Source: an uncultured Lachnospiraceae bacterium (GTDB taxonomy: Bacteria > Bacillota > Clostridia > Christensenellales > Pumilibacteraceae). Taken from it: a stretch of 64,000 nucleotides of DNA. The stretch is taken from positions 24,674 to 88,673 of the forward strand of contig CAZQAC010000001.1 in NCBI GenBank assembly GCA_964591125.1. Direction: 5' to 3'. The translations under genes and the position numbers were made by a program. Numbering within the stretch: position 1 is the stretch's first letter; every line of letters starts with the position of its first letter. Below are positions 45,606 through 55,746 of the stretch, piece by piece. The notes beneath the pieces were generated by a model. The model ran no database searches, was not told the origin of the DNA, and worked only from the letters and a program-made list of their open reading frames with translations.

Positions 45606-47000
45606 TTAAGCTTCCGAAAGTTTCTCGCCGAGACTATCTATTTTTATTTTCGTTACATGTTTCAAAATAAAGATTGAAATTACCGCGGTTATCGCTTCGG
45701 CTATCGGAAAACTCCACCAGACAGTATCGACCGCGGAGGAAGTCAACGTTAAAAAATACGCCGTCGGAAACACAAAAACGACCAGCCTGCAAAGTGCGGT
45801 CAAAAAAGGCAAGAAAGCATATCTTAACGCTTGAAGCACTCCTTGAACGGCAACAGTAAAACCCATAAAAACATAACCCGTCGCGGCTATCGCGGTCGCT
45901 TTTTCGCAAACGTCGATAAGTTCGCTTGTGGAACCGCCCGAAAGAGAGAATAAGCAAGCCAACGGTCTTGCGATTATTTCGAACAAAACGGTAATCGCAA
46001 CCGTTACCGTCAACGTATCGACGATGCCGTATTTTACGCAATCTTTCGATCGCGCCTTATCTTTCATTCCGTAATTAAACGAAAGAAGGGTTATGATCGT
46101 ATTGGACAATCCGAAACACGAAAACAGTGCGATTTGCTGTATTTTATAATAAATGCCGAATGCGCCCACGAGAACGGTCGGATTTTCGTCCGCGGAACCC
46201 AAAATAATATTCATTCCCGCCATCATAACAGACAGCAATCCTTGCATCAAAGCCGCCGAAACGCCTACAGAATAAATTTCTTTTATGATTTCTTTTTCCG
46301 GTCTAACGTATTTCAATTTTCCGCTGACTTCTTTATTTTTCGTATAATGAAAAATCATCGCGACTGTTAGTGATACAAATTGACCAAAAACGGTTGCCCA
46401 TGCGGCTCCGCTCACGCCGGCATTCAACGGAAAAATAAAAATATAATCGAATACGATATTTACTACAGCGCCCGAAATCTGCGCAATTGTCGAATACATC
46501 GTTTTACCCGTAGCCTGTAAAAATCTTTCGTATACGGTAAAACCGATCGAGCCTAAAGACAGAGCGGAACAAACGGTCAAATATTCCGTTCCCATCGCGA
46601 TAACCTGTTCGTCTTGAGTAAAAATCGAAATAAAACCTTTTGAGCCGAAAATTCCGAACAGCAAAAACACAGAATAAATAACTATCGACAAAAATATTCC
46701 GTTCCCAGCCGTCCTATTTGCCTTCTCACGGTCTTTTTCGCCCAAACTCTTGGAAAGTAAAGCGTTTAATCCGACGCCCGTTCCGACGCCTATCGCGATA
46801 ATCAAAATCTGCACGGGAAAAGCATATGTCAAAGCTTCGTTGGCTATTGCTCCGACGTCTTGAATGTTAGCAACAAACACGCTGTCCACGACGTTGTACA
46901 AAGCTTGCAGAATCATCGATATCATCATGGGCAACCCCATCTTCCAAAGCAGTTTTTTAATCGGTTCCGTTCCCATTTTATTCTGTTTTATTTCTTTCAT
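45606..47000 (-). CDS. MATE family efflux transporter
   Basis: 464 aa with about 12 TM segments. The N-terminal PIKKLLWKMGLPMMISMILQALYNVVDSVFV is typical of MATE/NorM proteins. Confidence 0.88.
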   Translation of the reverse strand: MKEIKQNKMGTEPIKKLLWKMGLPMMISMILQALYNVVDSVFVANIQDVGAIANEALTYAFPVQILIIAIGVGTGVGLNALLSKSLGEKDREKANRTAGNGIFLSIVIYSVFLLFGIFGSKGFISIFTQDEQVIAMGTEYLTVCSALSLGSIGFTVYERFLQATGKTMYSTIAQISGAVVNIVFDYIFIFPLNAGVSGAAWATVFGQFVSLTVAMIFHYTKNKEVSGKLKYVRPEKEIIKEIYSVGVSAALMQGLLSVMMAGMNIILGSADENPTVLVGAFGIYYKIQQIALFSCFGLSNTIITLLSFNYGMKDKARSKDCVKYGIVDTLTVTVAITVLFEIIARPLACLFSLSGGSTSELIDVCEKATAIAATGYVFMGFTVAVQGVLQALRYAFLPFLTALCRLVVFVFPTAYFLTLTSSAVDTVWWSFPIAEAITAVISIFILKHVTKIKIDSLGEKLSEA

Positions 47001-47510
47001 GTTTATCTCCTAAACGCAAAAAGCGCGCAAGCCCGAATCAATCGGACTTACACGCTTTGGTTGCTCATTGATATTATCATTTTAGCAAATTTTATTAAAT
47101 TTTTCAAGCAAAAAATCGCTTTTTTCGAAAAATAATTCAAATATGTCGTTATTCGCAAACAACGGACAATCGCAAAGCGAACAACAAATCTTTGATTTTT
47201 AAGCGAATTTACGCAATCGTTTTTTGTTACGGGCATAATTTATCCGTAAACTTTCAAAAATTTTAAGCGTTAATCTTCTACGCTTTCTTTGCAATGTCTT
47301 TTATTAAATAAATCTCCGCAAATAAAAACTTTATTTATCATTTACCGCAACGATATTCGAACACATGAAACAAAATATTTTTCCGTTGCTCGATACGCTT
47401 ACAAAATTCCCTACCGTCGAAATTAACATCCGACTATTTCTTTATTTCGCGACAAAGACTTTAAAAAGTCTTCGCCCAAACGACATCTCAAAATCGACAA
47501 AGCTTAATTT

Positions 47511-49841
47511 CTATTGAATTTCTTGCGAAAACAAAGCGGAAATCAGATTCTCGCTTGTCGCGATGAGTTTAAGTTCTCCTGCTTTTTTACCGAGTTTTAC
47601 GGCAACGCCGATACGTCCGGCGCGCATTTTTCGAACGCTTTTGAAAATAGTATCGTGTTCGGTTATGTCCGATCCGGTCGAATAAACTTTACCCGCACCG
47701 CTCGCGATAAAAGAAACGATAGGTTCGGCGTCAGGAACTTCCAAGCCGTTTTCGTCCACGCAATAACAGCTGAATATCGCGATGTCTTTTCCGTTCGCGC
47801 GAACGTCGGGAGTTTCCGAATTCAAAACCAATTTAACCGCTTTTCCCGTCGTAACGCGTTTATCGCTCGCTACGGCTTGTCCGTCGTTATAACCTATAGC
47901 TTCTATATAACCCGATTCGTACGGAACGCTCCACTCGCCGTGTCCGTATTTTTCTATTTCTTTAATTCCCAAACTTTTGCCGTTCAAAAACAATTCGAGC
48001 CGACTGCAATTCGTATACGCAACCACTCTTACGGGCATGCCTTCCATTCCGCCGAAATTCCAATGAGGAAGCAAATGAACCATAGGTTCGGTCGTCCAAT
48101 GCGATTTATTTTGATAAAAAGCGTCCTTTTTCTGTAAAAACAAATCTATCGCGCCGCTTTGAGAACATAATCTCGGCCAAACGGCTTCTCCGCGATGTTC
48201 GAAAGCTATCCACTGGTAACCGCCGAGCAACCACTCGTTTTCGGCGATAAATTTCCAAGTAAACTCTCTGCCTTTGAAATCCACGCTCGAATCTCTATCG
48301 TAAGCGGGAAGGAAAGCTTTGTTGTCGTCCTGTTCGAAATACCAACCGCGCGTCGTTCCCGTTGCGCAACATTCGGAAGAAAAAACAGCCTTGTCGGGAT
48401 ACTTTTTATGTACGGTTTCGTACATATTCCAATTGTAATTAATTCCTATCGCTTCCAATTCGTCGTATACTGTCGCTTTATCCGGCGAATGACAAACAGC
48501 TGTCATAATTATTCGCGAATCGTCTAATTTGTGTGCCAACGACATGAGCGAACGACAAATTCGACGACCTTCTTCGGTCACGTGATGAGGTTCTTCGTTT
48601 CCAACGGACCAGAAAAACACGCTCGGACGGTTACGATCGCGTTTCATCAGCATTTCAAGCTGAGCTTTACCTTCGTCTGTCGATTCGAACCAACGCGTTT
48701 CGTCCATTACGATAAAACCGTTTTCGTCCAAAGCGTCCATTAACGCTTCAGCCTGAGGATAATGACTGGTCCGATATCCGTTCGCCCCCATTTCTTTCAT
48801 GAGTCTCACTTTATATCTGTGAATATTGTCCGACACGGCTTTACCCGTTAATCCGCAATCCGCGTGTCCGCAAAGCCCTTTTATTTTATAATGCTTATCG
48901 TTTATAAACAAACCTTTGTTCGGATCCAATCGAAAATAACGAAATCCGAATCTAACGGAATTTTCATCTTTCAAACTTTTTCCGCAATAAACTCTCGCCT
49001 TCATGGTATACAAAACGGGATTGTCCGGAGACCAAAGTTCGGGTTCGATTACCCTGAAAGCATATTTGAGAGTGCTTTTGTCTTTGTCCGATATTGTCGC
49101 GGACGCTTTTGCCGTTGCGACGACATTCCCGTCTCGGTCGAGAATTTCGCCTTCCGTTCTTACCGACTTGCGAACGAATTCGTCGTTCCTTATCGTCGTT
49201 TCGGTAAAAACGGTCCATTCTCCATTTTCCCCTTTTACCGGTTTTGCGTAAATTCCCCAAAGATCAATAGACACCAAATCGGTTTTTATAAGCTTCACGT
49301 GACGATAAATGCCTCCGCCTTCGTACCACCACCCCTCGTGCGACTGTGTATTTACGTAAACGGCAAGGGCGTTTTCGGCGTCGTATTTGACCACGTCGCT
49401 AATATCGACCTCAAACGTATTGTAACCGCAAAAATTATGCTTCATAAGGCAACCGTTTAGATATACGGTCGCATGTGTGGCTACGCCTTCGAAAAGCAAC
49501 GTAATACGCTTGTTTCGGTCGCAATTCTCCAATCTGAATCTCTTTAAATACCAAGCGTTGTCATACGGTAAAAAACCGAGCGCGCTGTTATAACGTTTTT
49601 CTGGAATTCCTTCTATAACAAAATCATGAGGCAAATCCACTTTCCGCCACAACTCGCTCTTATGTTCGACGTTACTGTCATAACTATCGGGAACGGCATA
49701 ATAATCTTTAGAAGCCGGTCCCATATGGTAACGTTCTGTTTTCGCGCCAATGTAAGCAAACCCCTTCGTCGTCGGGAATTCGTTTTGTATGTCGCCAAGA
49801 TGAAACAACCAATTTTCGTCAAAATCCACTACTTCTCGCAT
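47511..49841 (-). CDS. Glycoside hydrolase family 2 enzyme (beta-galactosidase/beta-glucuronidase-like)
   Basis: 776 aa. Contains NGYRTSHYPQ and WSVGNEE (acid/base Glu region). The preceding beta-sandwich domains fit the GH2 architecture. Confidence 0.85.
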   Translation of the reverse strand: MREVVDFDENWLFHLGDIQNEFPTTKGFAYIGAKTERYHMGPASKDYYAVPDSYDSNVEHKSELWRKVDLPHDFVIEGIPEKRYNSALGFLPYDNAWYLKRFRLENCDRNKRITLLFEGVATHATVYLNGCLMKHNFCGYNTFEVDISDVVKYDAENALAVYVNTQSHEGWWYEGGGIYRHVKLIKTDLVSIDLWGIYAKPVKGENGEWTVFTETTIRNDEFVRKSVRTEGEILDRDGNVVATAKASATISDKDKSTLKYAFRVIEPELWSPDNPVLYTMKARVYCGKSLKDENSVRFGFRYFRLDPNKGLFINDKHYKIKGLCGHADCGLTGKAVSDNIHRYKVRLMKEMGANGYRTSHYPQAEALMDALDENGFIVMDETRWFESTDEGKAQLEMLMKRDRNRPSVFFWSVGNEEPHHVTEEGRRICRSLMSLAHKLDDSRIIMTAVCHSPDKATVYDELEAIGINYNWNMYETVHKKYPDKAVFSSECCATGTTRGWYFEQDDNKAFLPAYDRDSSVDFKGREFTWKFIAENEWLLGGYQWIAFEHRGEAVWPRLCSQSGAIDLFLQKKDAFYQNKSHWTTEPMVHLLPHWNFGGMEGMPVRVVAYTNCSRLELFLNGKSLGIKEIEKYGHGEWSVPYESGYIEAIGYNDGQAVASDKRVTTGKAVKLVLNSETPDVRANGKDIAIFSCYCVDENGLEVPDAEPIVSFIASGAGKVYSTGSDITEHDTIFKSVRKMRAGRIGVAVKLGKKAGELKLIATSENLISALFSQEIQ

Positions 49842-50241
49842 AAATTTCTCCTTAATTATTATCTTTTATTTTTCCATGAACGCCGATTTATTAGAAACCC
49901 GATAAAAAAACAGATCGAATCGCACGCATATACCGAATTTCATCAACCGCCCGTTCTCACCCGTCCAAATAACGAAATTTAAACGTACGCACCGTTTCGC
50001 CAAAATCGACCGAATCAATTCTTTTTACGCCAAAATCGTAACATCTCGAAAAAGTTTAAAAAGATTTTTTCTAACCGTTAACGATTTTCGTTTTTGCTAA
50101 TTTCGCTCGACTTCGACACTTATTCTCCAATCGTTTCCGCTTTACGATTCTCGGCGCAACGAAAATAATTCGCATCTATAAAATCCGATAACGGATATAT
50201 TAGATATATCAGTTAAATAATATCGTAAAATTTCTCGGCTG

Positions 50242-50258
50242 TCAATATTTTATATTGA
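50242..50258. promoter_or_regulatory. Perfect palindrome TCAATAT-TTT-ATATTGA in the GH2/AraC divergent intergenic region
   Basis: Read directly from the sequence. Additional AATATTGA copies lie at about 50270 and 50322. Confidence 0.3.
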
Positions 50259-50360
50259 TAATTATGGACAATATTGATATTTATTTTAGTTTTTACTTCA
50301 TTTTTATGAAAATATATGATAAAATATTGACAAACTTATAGACAAAACGGCGGAATAAAC

Positions 50361-51152
50361 ATGAATATTTTATTTGCTAAAGGCAAATCGGAAACCAACA
50401 AAGTCAGCAACGAACGGCTTTACGTTAATAATTGCGGTTACTATCGCGATATAAAAGAAAAAATAAACACTCGACGAACGGACGGCAGAGTCGATTATCA
50501 CCTGATATTCGTCGGAAACGGGAAATTGCATTACGCCGACGCCGATCACGAAAACGGCAGCGTCGTTCTTTTTTTACCGGGCGATAAACAAGAATATTCT
50601 TATCTCCCGGAAGACAAGTGTCTTTATTATTGGGTTCATTTTTCCGGAACGGATGCTCGAGCCGTAGTCGAATCGTTCGGACTGCGCAGAGGAATTTTTC
50701 GCGTCGAAGCAAATAGAACGCAAATAGAAACGTTATTCCGAATGATGATCGATTCCTATACCGACAACCTTGAATTCAAGGAGCAAAACGCAGCGGCTTT
50801 ATTATACAGTATTCTTGCGCTGACCGCCGAAAAGAAACAACATCGCTCATCATTCGGGCGTGCCGTCAAGCTTGTGGAAAATTTCGAAGAGCCTTTATCC
50901 GTCGAACAGCTGGCTCAATCGTTCAACATGAGCGAAGGACATTTTATTCGCGCGTTCAAGCAAGCCACCGGTTATCCGCCATATGCATACAGACTTCGTT
51001 GCCAAACGGAGTATGCACGCGCGCTACTTACAAACACGACTCTATCGGTTTCGAAAATTGCGAAATTGAGCGGATTCGACGACCCTCTGTATTTTAGCCG
51101 AATATTCAAAAAACGCGTAGGATATTCACCGACGAAATATCGCGTTTTATAG
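50361..51152 (+). CDS. AraC-family transcriptional regulator
   Basis: Cupin-like N-terminal half. C-terminal HTH pair (ISKIAKLSGFDDPLYFSRIFKKRVGYSP). Confidence 0.88.
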   Translation: MNILFAKGKSETNKVSNERLYVNNCGYYRDIKEKINTRRTDGRVDYHLIFVGNGKLHYADADHENGSVVLFLPGDKQEYSYLPEDKCLYYWVHFSGTDARAVVESFGLRRGIFRVEANRTQIETLFRMMIDSYTDNLEFKEQNAAALLYSILALTAEKKQHRSSFGRAVKLVENFEEPLSVEQLAQSFNMSEGHFIRAFKQATGYPPYAYRLRCQTEYARALLTNTTLSVSKIAKLSGFDDPLYFSRIFKKRVGYSPTKYRVL

Positions 51153-51931
51153 TCAAACAAACGGCTTGTAACGTAATTTTATCAATTCGAAACACAAAGC
51201 AATTTTGTCCTGTTTTTAAATATTTTCGATTGTCGATCACGTAAAAAAATTTCTGCCAAACTTCCGTTTGCACGATATAAAATATAGACGTAAACCAAAC
51301 CTCTCGAAATGCATCGTTACGCCGCTGAAAACGCCCGTTCGAAATCACGCATACAGAATCACAAAAAAGCAAGTTAAAAAATCAAATTCTACGTTGCGAA
51401 TTATAAAAATTAAAGCACTTTGTTTTTACGCGAAACAAAAGGAAAAATTCAAAATCTCCGCACCAATGCGACTTGAAAAATTTTTTGCAGTTAACAACTC
51501 ACATAAAACATTTTTCATTTTCACAAACACAATCGCAGACAAAGCGTTCGAACTACAGATAAATAATTCTCGAGGCTTTTTAATAATACATTGGACAATC
51601 TCAGTAAAACATTCTTTGCTCGTCGTTTTCCCATTCATGTAAATTCGACATAAAAACAATGCAATATAATTTTAGTATTCTCGACAGTGGTCGTCTACAA
51701 TCATTTTAGGTCTAAAAAATATCATATCTATTCTCAATAGCAAAAACCAAACAACAGTTATTTATTTTATAAAAACAAAATAACGACTATCTCCAAACAG
51801 ATTTAACAAACACGTCGGCAAATATAATTCTCCAACAAACAAACGCAGAGTAGTAGCGCAAACTGACAATCGAGCTACGAAATCAAAATTTTTAACGCCG
51901 AATAAATCTTAAATTGCTTTTTTTTGGTATT

Positions 51932-52624
51932 TACGAATTTTTTTCGTATATATTATTATATTTCCTATCATTTATACGCGACATAAAGCATTTAATAATC
52001 ATTTTTCTATTTACTGTATACTATCGTTATCAAAAATAAGGTAGATTATTACCGAAACGATTTACGAACTTTTTTCGTAAATCAAAATACTATCAAAATT
52101 TGAAATTTTATTATACGATTATGCATTATTTGTTGTTTATATTTAATTCTGCGACTTGATTTTGATGTGGTCAATTCTTTATTTTACGAATTTTTTTCGT
52201 ATGGATTTCGATCTCTAATGGAGAGGATTAATATATTATTATACAGGTTTTCTTTTACTGTATCATTACAAACTCAAATACACAAATTTTGATTGTTTAA
52301 TATCATAAAAAAAGAAAGCCGATTATTAAGTTTGCCTTCTTCGAAATCATAAATTATTTACGAATTTTCTTCGTAAAAACATATAATTAATTAAAATAAT
52401 CAATTTACTATACACATAACAATAATATGTATTTAAATTATTGCTAAATAATCGACATTTTATCTTGTTCGTTTATTGATGTTTACGAATTTTTTTCGTA
52501 TAATGTAAATATTACCAAAATCCACCTATTTATTGTACAATTAATATTATGTTTGTTGTTTATATTTAATTTTACAACTTAATTTTAATTTGTCCGAATA
52601 ATTGTATTACGAACATTTTTCGTA
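51932..52624. repeat. Left array: six copies of the 17-bp palindrome TACGAA-N5-TTCGTA in ORF-free DNA
   Basis: Copies at 51932-51948, 52063-52079, 52185-52201, 52359-52375, 52484-52500 and 52608-52624. Spacings are 131, 122, 174, 125 and 124 bp. The copy at 52063 extends to 10-bp arms (GATTTACGAA/TTCGTAAATC). Confidence 0.85.
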
Positions 52625-53582
52625 AGCCATTACAACATTTCAGTAGAAACAGAAACATGTTAAAATATAAATCGATATTCTCAAACAAAAAAAACGATAT
52701 TTCAACACAAACTTTTCTTATGTTTTTTTTGGAAAAAATTTTCCCCTCAAATCATTTTAAAAATATTTTCTAATATAATCATCATAACGCTACAAATATA
52801 TAATCAAATTTTTTCAGCGACATTTTAACAATATAAAAATTAAACCGCAACGAAAATTCAGTAGAAAATTTAAATTATATTCGTCACAAAATTCATACGA
52901 ATTTACAGAATTTTAAAACAGCAACACATGTAAAAATTATATAAAAAACATAATTGCGGCAACACAACAGCATATCTTTTCAATCGATTTACCAAAGTAC
53001 AAACGATTTTAACCGCGCAAATTTAACGAAATCAGCCGACAATATCACTCTTGTGCCGGTCAAATACTTTCACACAAAAAAACAGCAGCGAAAATATCGA
53101 ATTTGATAAAAGTCCAAGATGCAACAAAAATTTCCTTAAATTTCAAGCTAAATCACTCTTTCTCACACGATTTATATGCCCCAAAATATCACATTAATTA
53201 TTTACATTTATTCAACCATAAAATGAAAACAAAACCCAAATAAAAAGTCCCAAAAGAGAGTGGGCATAATATTATAAATCGAACAAGAAAATCCTATTTT
53301 TATTTCTAAATTACCATTATACTTATTATATCATAACTACTGTGTAATGATTTAAGTATACAAATTATATATAAAATTTTTCAAAACTTATTTTTACTTA
53401 TTTTTCAACATTTTACAACTTAAACAATAGCTAAAACACAAAGAAATCCGGTTGTTTTGTTATTATATCATAACTGTTTATGTAAAATATATAACAAATA
53501 TTCAGTATTAAAACATATATAATATCGTTTTTTATTCTTATTATATATTCTTTTCTGTAATAAGACTTAATCAGTGGGGGAC

Positions 53583-53688
53583 TTATCCACATTTTATCAA
53601 CATTTATCATTTAATTGTGGATAAAACTCTTTCAATCGACTAGTTTTGTATTTTACTTATCCACATAACATTAGTACAATGTGGATAA
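53583..53688. promoter_or_regulatory. Cluster of four perfect DnaA boxes (oriC core candidate)
   Basis: TTATCCACA at 53583-53591 and 53657-53665. The complement TGTGGATAA at 53626-53634 and 53680-53688. A very AT-rich tract lies immediately upstream (53490-53570), and a GTGGGGG cluster abuts box 1. Confidence 0.8.
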
Positions 53689-53918
53689 CACAATTATATT
53701 ATTTCCAAAAGAATTGCACAATTATTAACTAATTTTTAAACGAATCGTTTCTTCGAATAATTTTTCTTTTCTAAATTCCGTTGAAAAACTTCAAGATTTC
53801 AACTAAATTAGCCAATCATCTAACTTTTTTGTTGTTTCAATCGAAAACTTAATAATATAATTATAAGTTTTCGATTGCACTGTTTTTATAGTTAAACTAT
53901 ATAAATCTTTTATCTTCT

Positions 53919-53934
53919 TGTTTCACGTGAAACA
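53919..53934. promoter_or_regulatory. parS site (perfect 16-bp palindrome)
   Basis: TGTTTCACGTGAAACA matches the Firmicute parS consensus TGTTNCACGTGAAACA. Confidence 0.85.
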
Positions 53935-54045
53935 TATGTTTTCCTTATTAAAAACACAACGATTATCATATCATAACTATTTTTATTTTAAATGAATAAT
54001 TGGTCGACTCGATATTTGATTCATTATCCTTATTTGTCGCCATAA

Positions 54046-54061
54046 TGTTTCACGTGAAACA
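54046..54061. promoter_or_regulatory. parS site (perfect 16-bp palindrome)
   Basis: Second identical TGTTTCACGTGAAACA, 127 bp from the first and about 360 bp downstream of the parB stop. Confidence 0.85.
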
Positions 54062-54358
54062 ATTTTTATATAATGTAACCGAATATATTTACACTTTAAA
54101 CTATAAACCTACTCTAATAACTAAACAGACCCATTATTTCCTCATAAAACCCGCTTAAATTGATTTAAGTCTGATAAAAACACCCTATAATAATATTTGC
54201 ACTGTGAATAAAAACAATATGCTAATATTATTAAAATGAATGCATATAATTTGACAAGAATATAACCAAACGTATAAATATCAAAACCTTTGAGAATAAC
54301 AAGGAAAATGATCGCAAAACAGTGTAAATAGATAATCTACAAAAGAACTAAAAATATA

Positions 54359-54419
54359 TAAGCACATAATAAAAGAACAGAACGCTTTTTTAACGTTCTG
54401 TTCTTTTATTATGTGCTTA
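54359..54419 (-). terminator. Very long perfect hairpin terminator directly after parB
   Basis: A 26-bp perfect stem (54359-54384 pairs with 54394-54419) with a 9-nt loop, starting 3 nt after the parB stop. A T-rich tail follows on the minus strand. Confidence 0.8.
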
Positions 54420-54422
54420 CCT

Positions 54423-55331
54423 TTAATCTTTATTTCTTTCTAAAAACTCAAGAATTTCTACTATCCTATCTAAATCATCACGATTATAATAATCAATGTA
54501 TATGCGTCCTTTGTTGTCATTACCAAGCGCCGAAACTTTTGTTGCAAATACTCTTTGCATTCTACTTATCATATCTTTCAATTCCAAGCTTTGTTCAGGC
54601 TTAACTTTATCTGCATGTGAATTTAACGTTTTCTTTATGAGTTTTTCAAAATCACGAACAGACAAATTTTTAACAATGGCTTCATTTGCAAGCTGCAACT
54701 GCAACAACGTATCGCTTACAACAACTAAACATCTTGCGTGTCCCGCCGATAATTGATTTCGCGCAACCAAATCCATGACAGCAGGTGAAAGAGAGAGCAG
54801 ACGCAACGTATTTGCGACAGCCGGTCTACTTTTACCTATACGATCGGCGACTTGTTCTTGCGTATAATGATATTCATCCATCAACTGTTTAATTGCCTGC
54901 GCAGTCTCAATCGGATTTAAATCTTCGCGTTGCAAGTTATCGATTAATGAAATTTCCTTAACTTGCTGCGGCGTGTAATCTCTAACAATTGCAGGAACGC
55001 TCAATAAACCGGCACGTTTTGCAGCACGCCATCTGCGCTCACCCGCTATAATCATGTATTTACCGTTAGGTTGTTTTACTAAAATCAATGGCGAAATAAT
55101 ACCATGCAACCTAATGCTGTTCGCCAATTCAACTAAAGAAGCTTCGTCAAACGACTTACGCGGCTGATTAATGTTCGGTTCTATCAACGCAAGACTGATT
55201 TCCGTTGCCGCATTTGTTTCTTCTGTGGATTTTTCTTTAGACGTCTCATCTAAAATATCCAAATCGTATTCTTGTTCAGAATCCGATAATAAAGCTCCTA
55301 AACCACGCCCTAAACCTTTTTTTATTGCCAT
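54423..55331 (-). CDS. parB: Chromosome partitioning protein ParB/Spo0J
   Basis: MAIKKGLGRGLGALL N-terminus. ParB box IIAGERRWRAAKRAGL. HTH region. 302 aa. Confidence 0.93.
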   Translation of the reverse strand: MAIKKGLGRGLGALLSDSEQEYDLDILDETSKEKSTEETNAATEISLALIEPNINQPRKSFDEASLVELANSIRLHGIISPLILVKQPNGKYMIIAGERRWRAAKRAGLLSVPAIVRDYTPQQVKEISLIDNLQREDLNPIETAQAIKQLMDEYHYTQEQVADRIGKSRPAVANTLRLLSLSPAVMDLVARNQLSAGHARCLVVVSDTLLQLQLANEAIVKNLSVRDFEKLIKKTLNSHADKVKPEQSLELKDMISRMQRVFATKVSALGNDNKGRIYIDYYNRDDLDRIVEILEFLERNKD

Positions 55332-55466
55332 AATTCCTCCGAATTTTAGTTATGTTTTAATAACTAAATATATTTAATAGTAAAATTTTTAAAAAGTCGA
55401 ATTTTATACACTATTTAAAGATAATTAACACAAAAAAATAAGCTGGAACCGAAAAAATAAACTAAA

Positions 55467-55694
55467 TCAGTTATCAACATTGTTTTTTAAGCCCAGCAAA
55501 TAGTCACTAGAAGTTCGAAAAAGCTTAGCCAAGCGCACAATATTAACTGCATCGGGGTAACTTTTGCCCAATTCCCAAAGCGATATCGTATCCTGAGTCG
55601 TTTTCATAAGATTAGCAAGCTGGCTTTGCGTTAAATTATTCTGTTTTCTAAATTGCTTTATCTTGCTACCGATTTCCAACATAGTTTTACACAC
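55467..55694 (-). CDS. Small XRE-family HTH protein (71-75 aa)
   Basis: IKQFRKQNNLTQSQLANLMKTTQDTISLWELGK is a Cro/C1-type HTH. The ORF-track start 55694 is a GTG. The ATG at 55682 (MLEIGS) is the likelier start. Confidence 0.8.
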   Translation of the reverse strand: MCKTMLEIGSKIKQFRKQNNLTQSQLANLMKTTQDTISLWELGKSYPDAVNIVRLAKLFRTSSDYLLGLKNNVDN

Positions 55695-55717
55695 CCATGA
55701 AGATGAATTTCATATAT

Positions 55718-55746
55718 ATTATACGATATTTTTTCGTAAAAATCAA
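55718..55746 (-). promoter_or_regulatory. Near-consensus promoter of the XRE HTH gene with the 17-bp palindrome filling the spacer
   Basis: The minus strand reads TTGATT (55746-55741), a 17-nt spacer, then TATAAT (55723-55718). The palindrome TACGAAAAAATATCGTA (55738-55722) occupies the spacer and overlaps the -10 by 2 nt. Confidence 0.65.

Noticed and set aside
47514-49460. Several 110-207-aa plus-strand ORFs inside the GH2 gene
   Set aside because: They are antisense to a gene with unambiguous GH2 motifs. There is no independent support for them.
51106-51659. Small ORFs (88, 124 and 77 aa) just after the AraC gene
   Set aside because: They overlap each other on both strands in AT-rich DNA. 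They have no RBS, and their translations are low-complexity and Phe/Lys/Ile-rich. They are likely spurious.
51932-52624. CRISPR array interpretation of the regularly spaced 17-bp repeats
   Set aside because: The repeats are only 17 bp and fully palindromic. The 'spacers' are 105-157 bp long and themselves repeated. No cas genes are present, and further copies are scattered 3-5 kb away. This is not CRISPR-like.
54413-54604. 63-aa plus-strand ORF at the 3' end of parB, and the 71-aa ORF 58124-58339 overlapping the dnaN start
   Set aside because: Both overlap well-supported genes or the parB terminator hairpin. Neither has an RBS or a recognisable motif.
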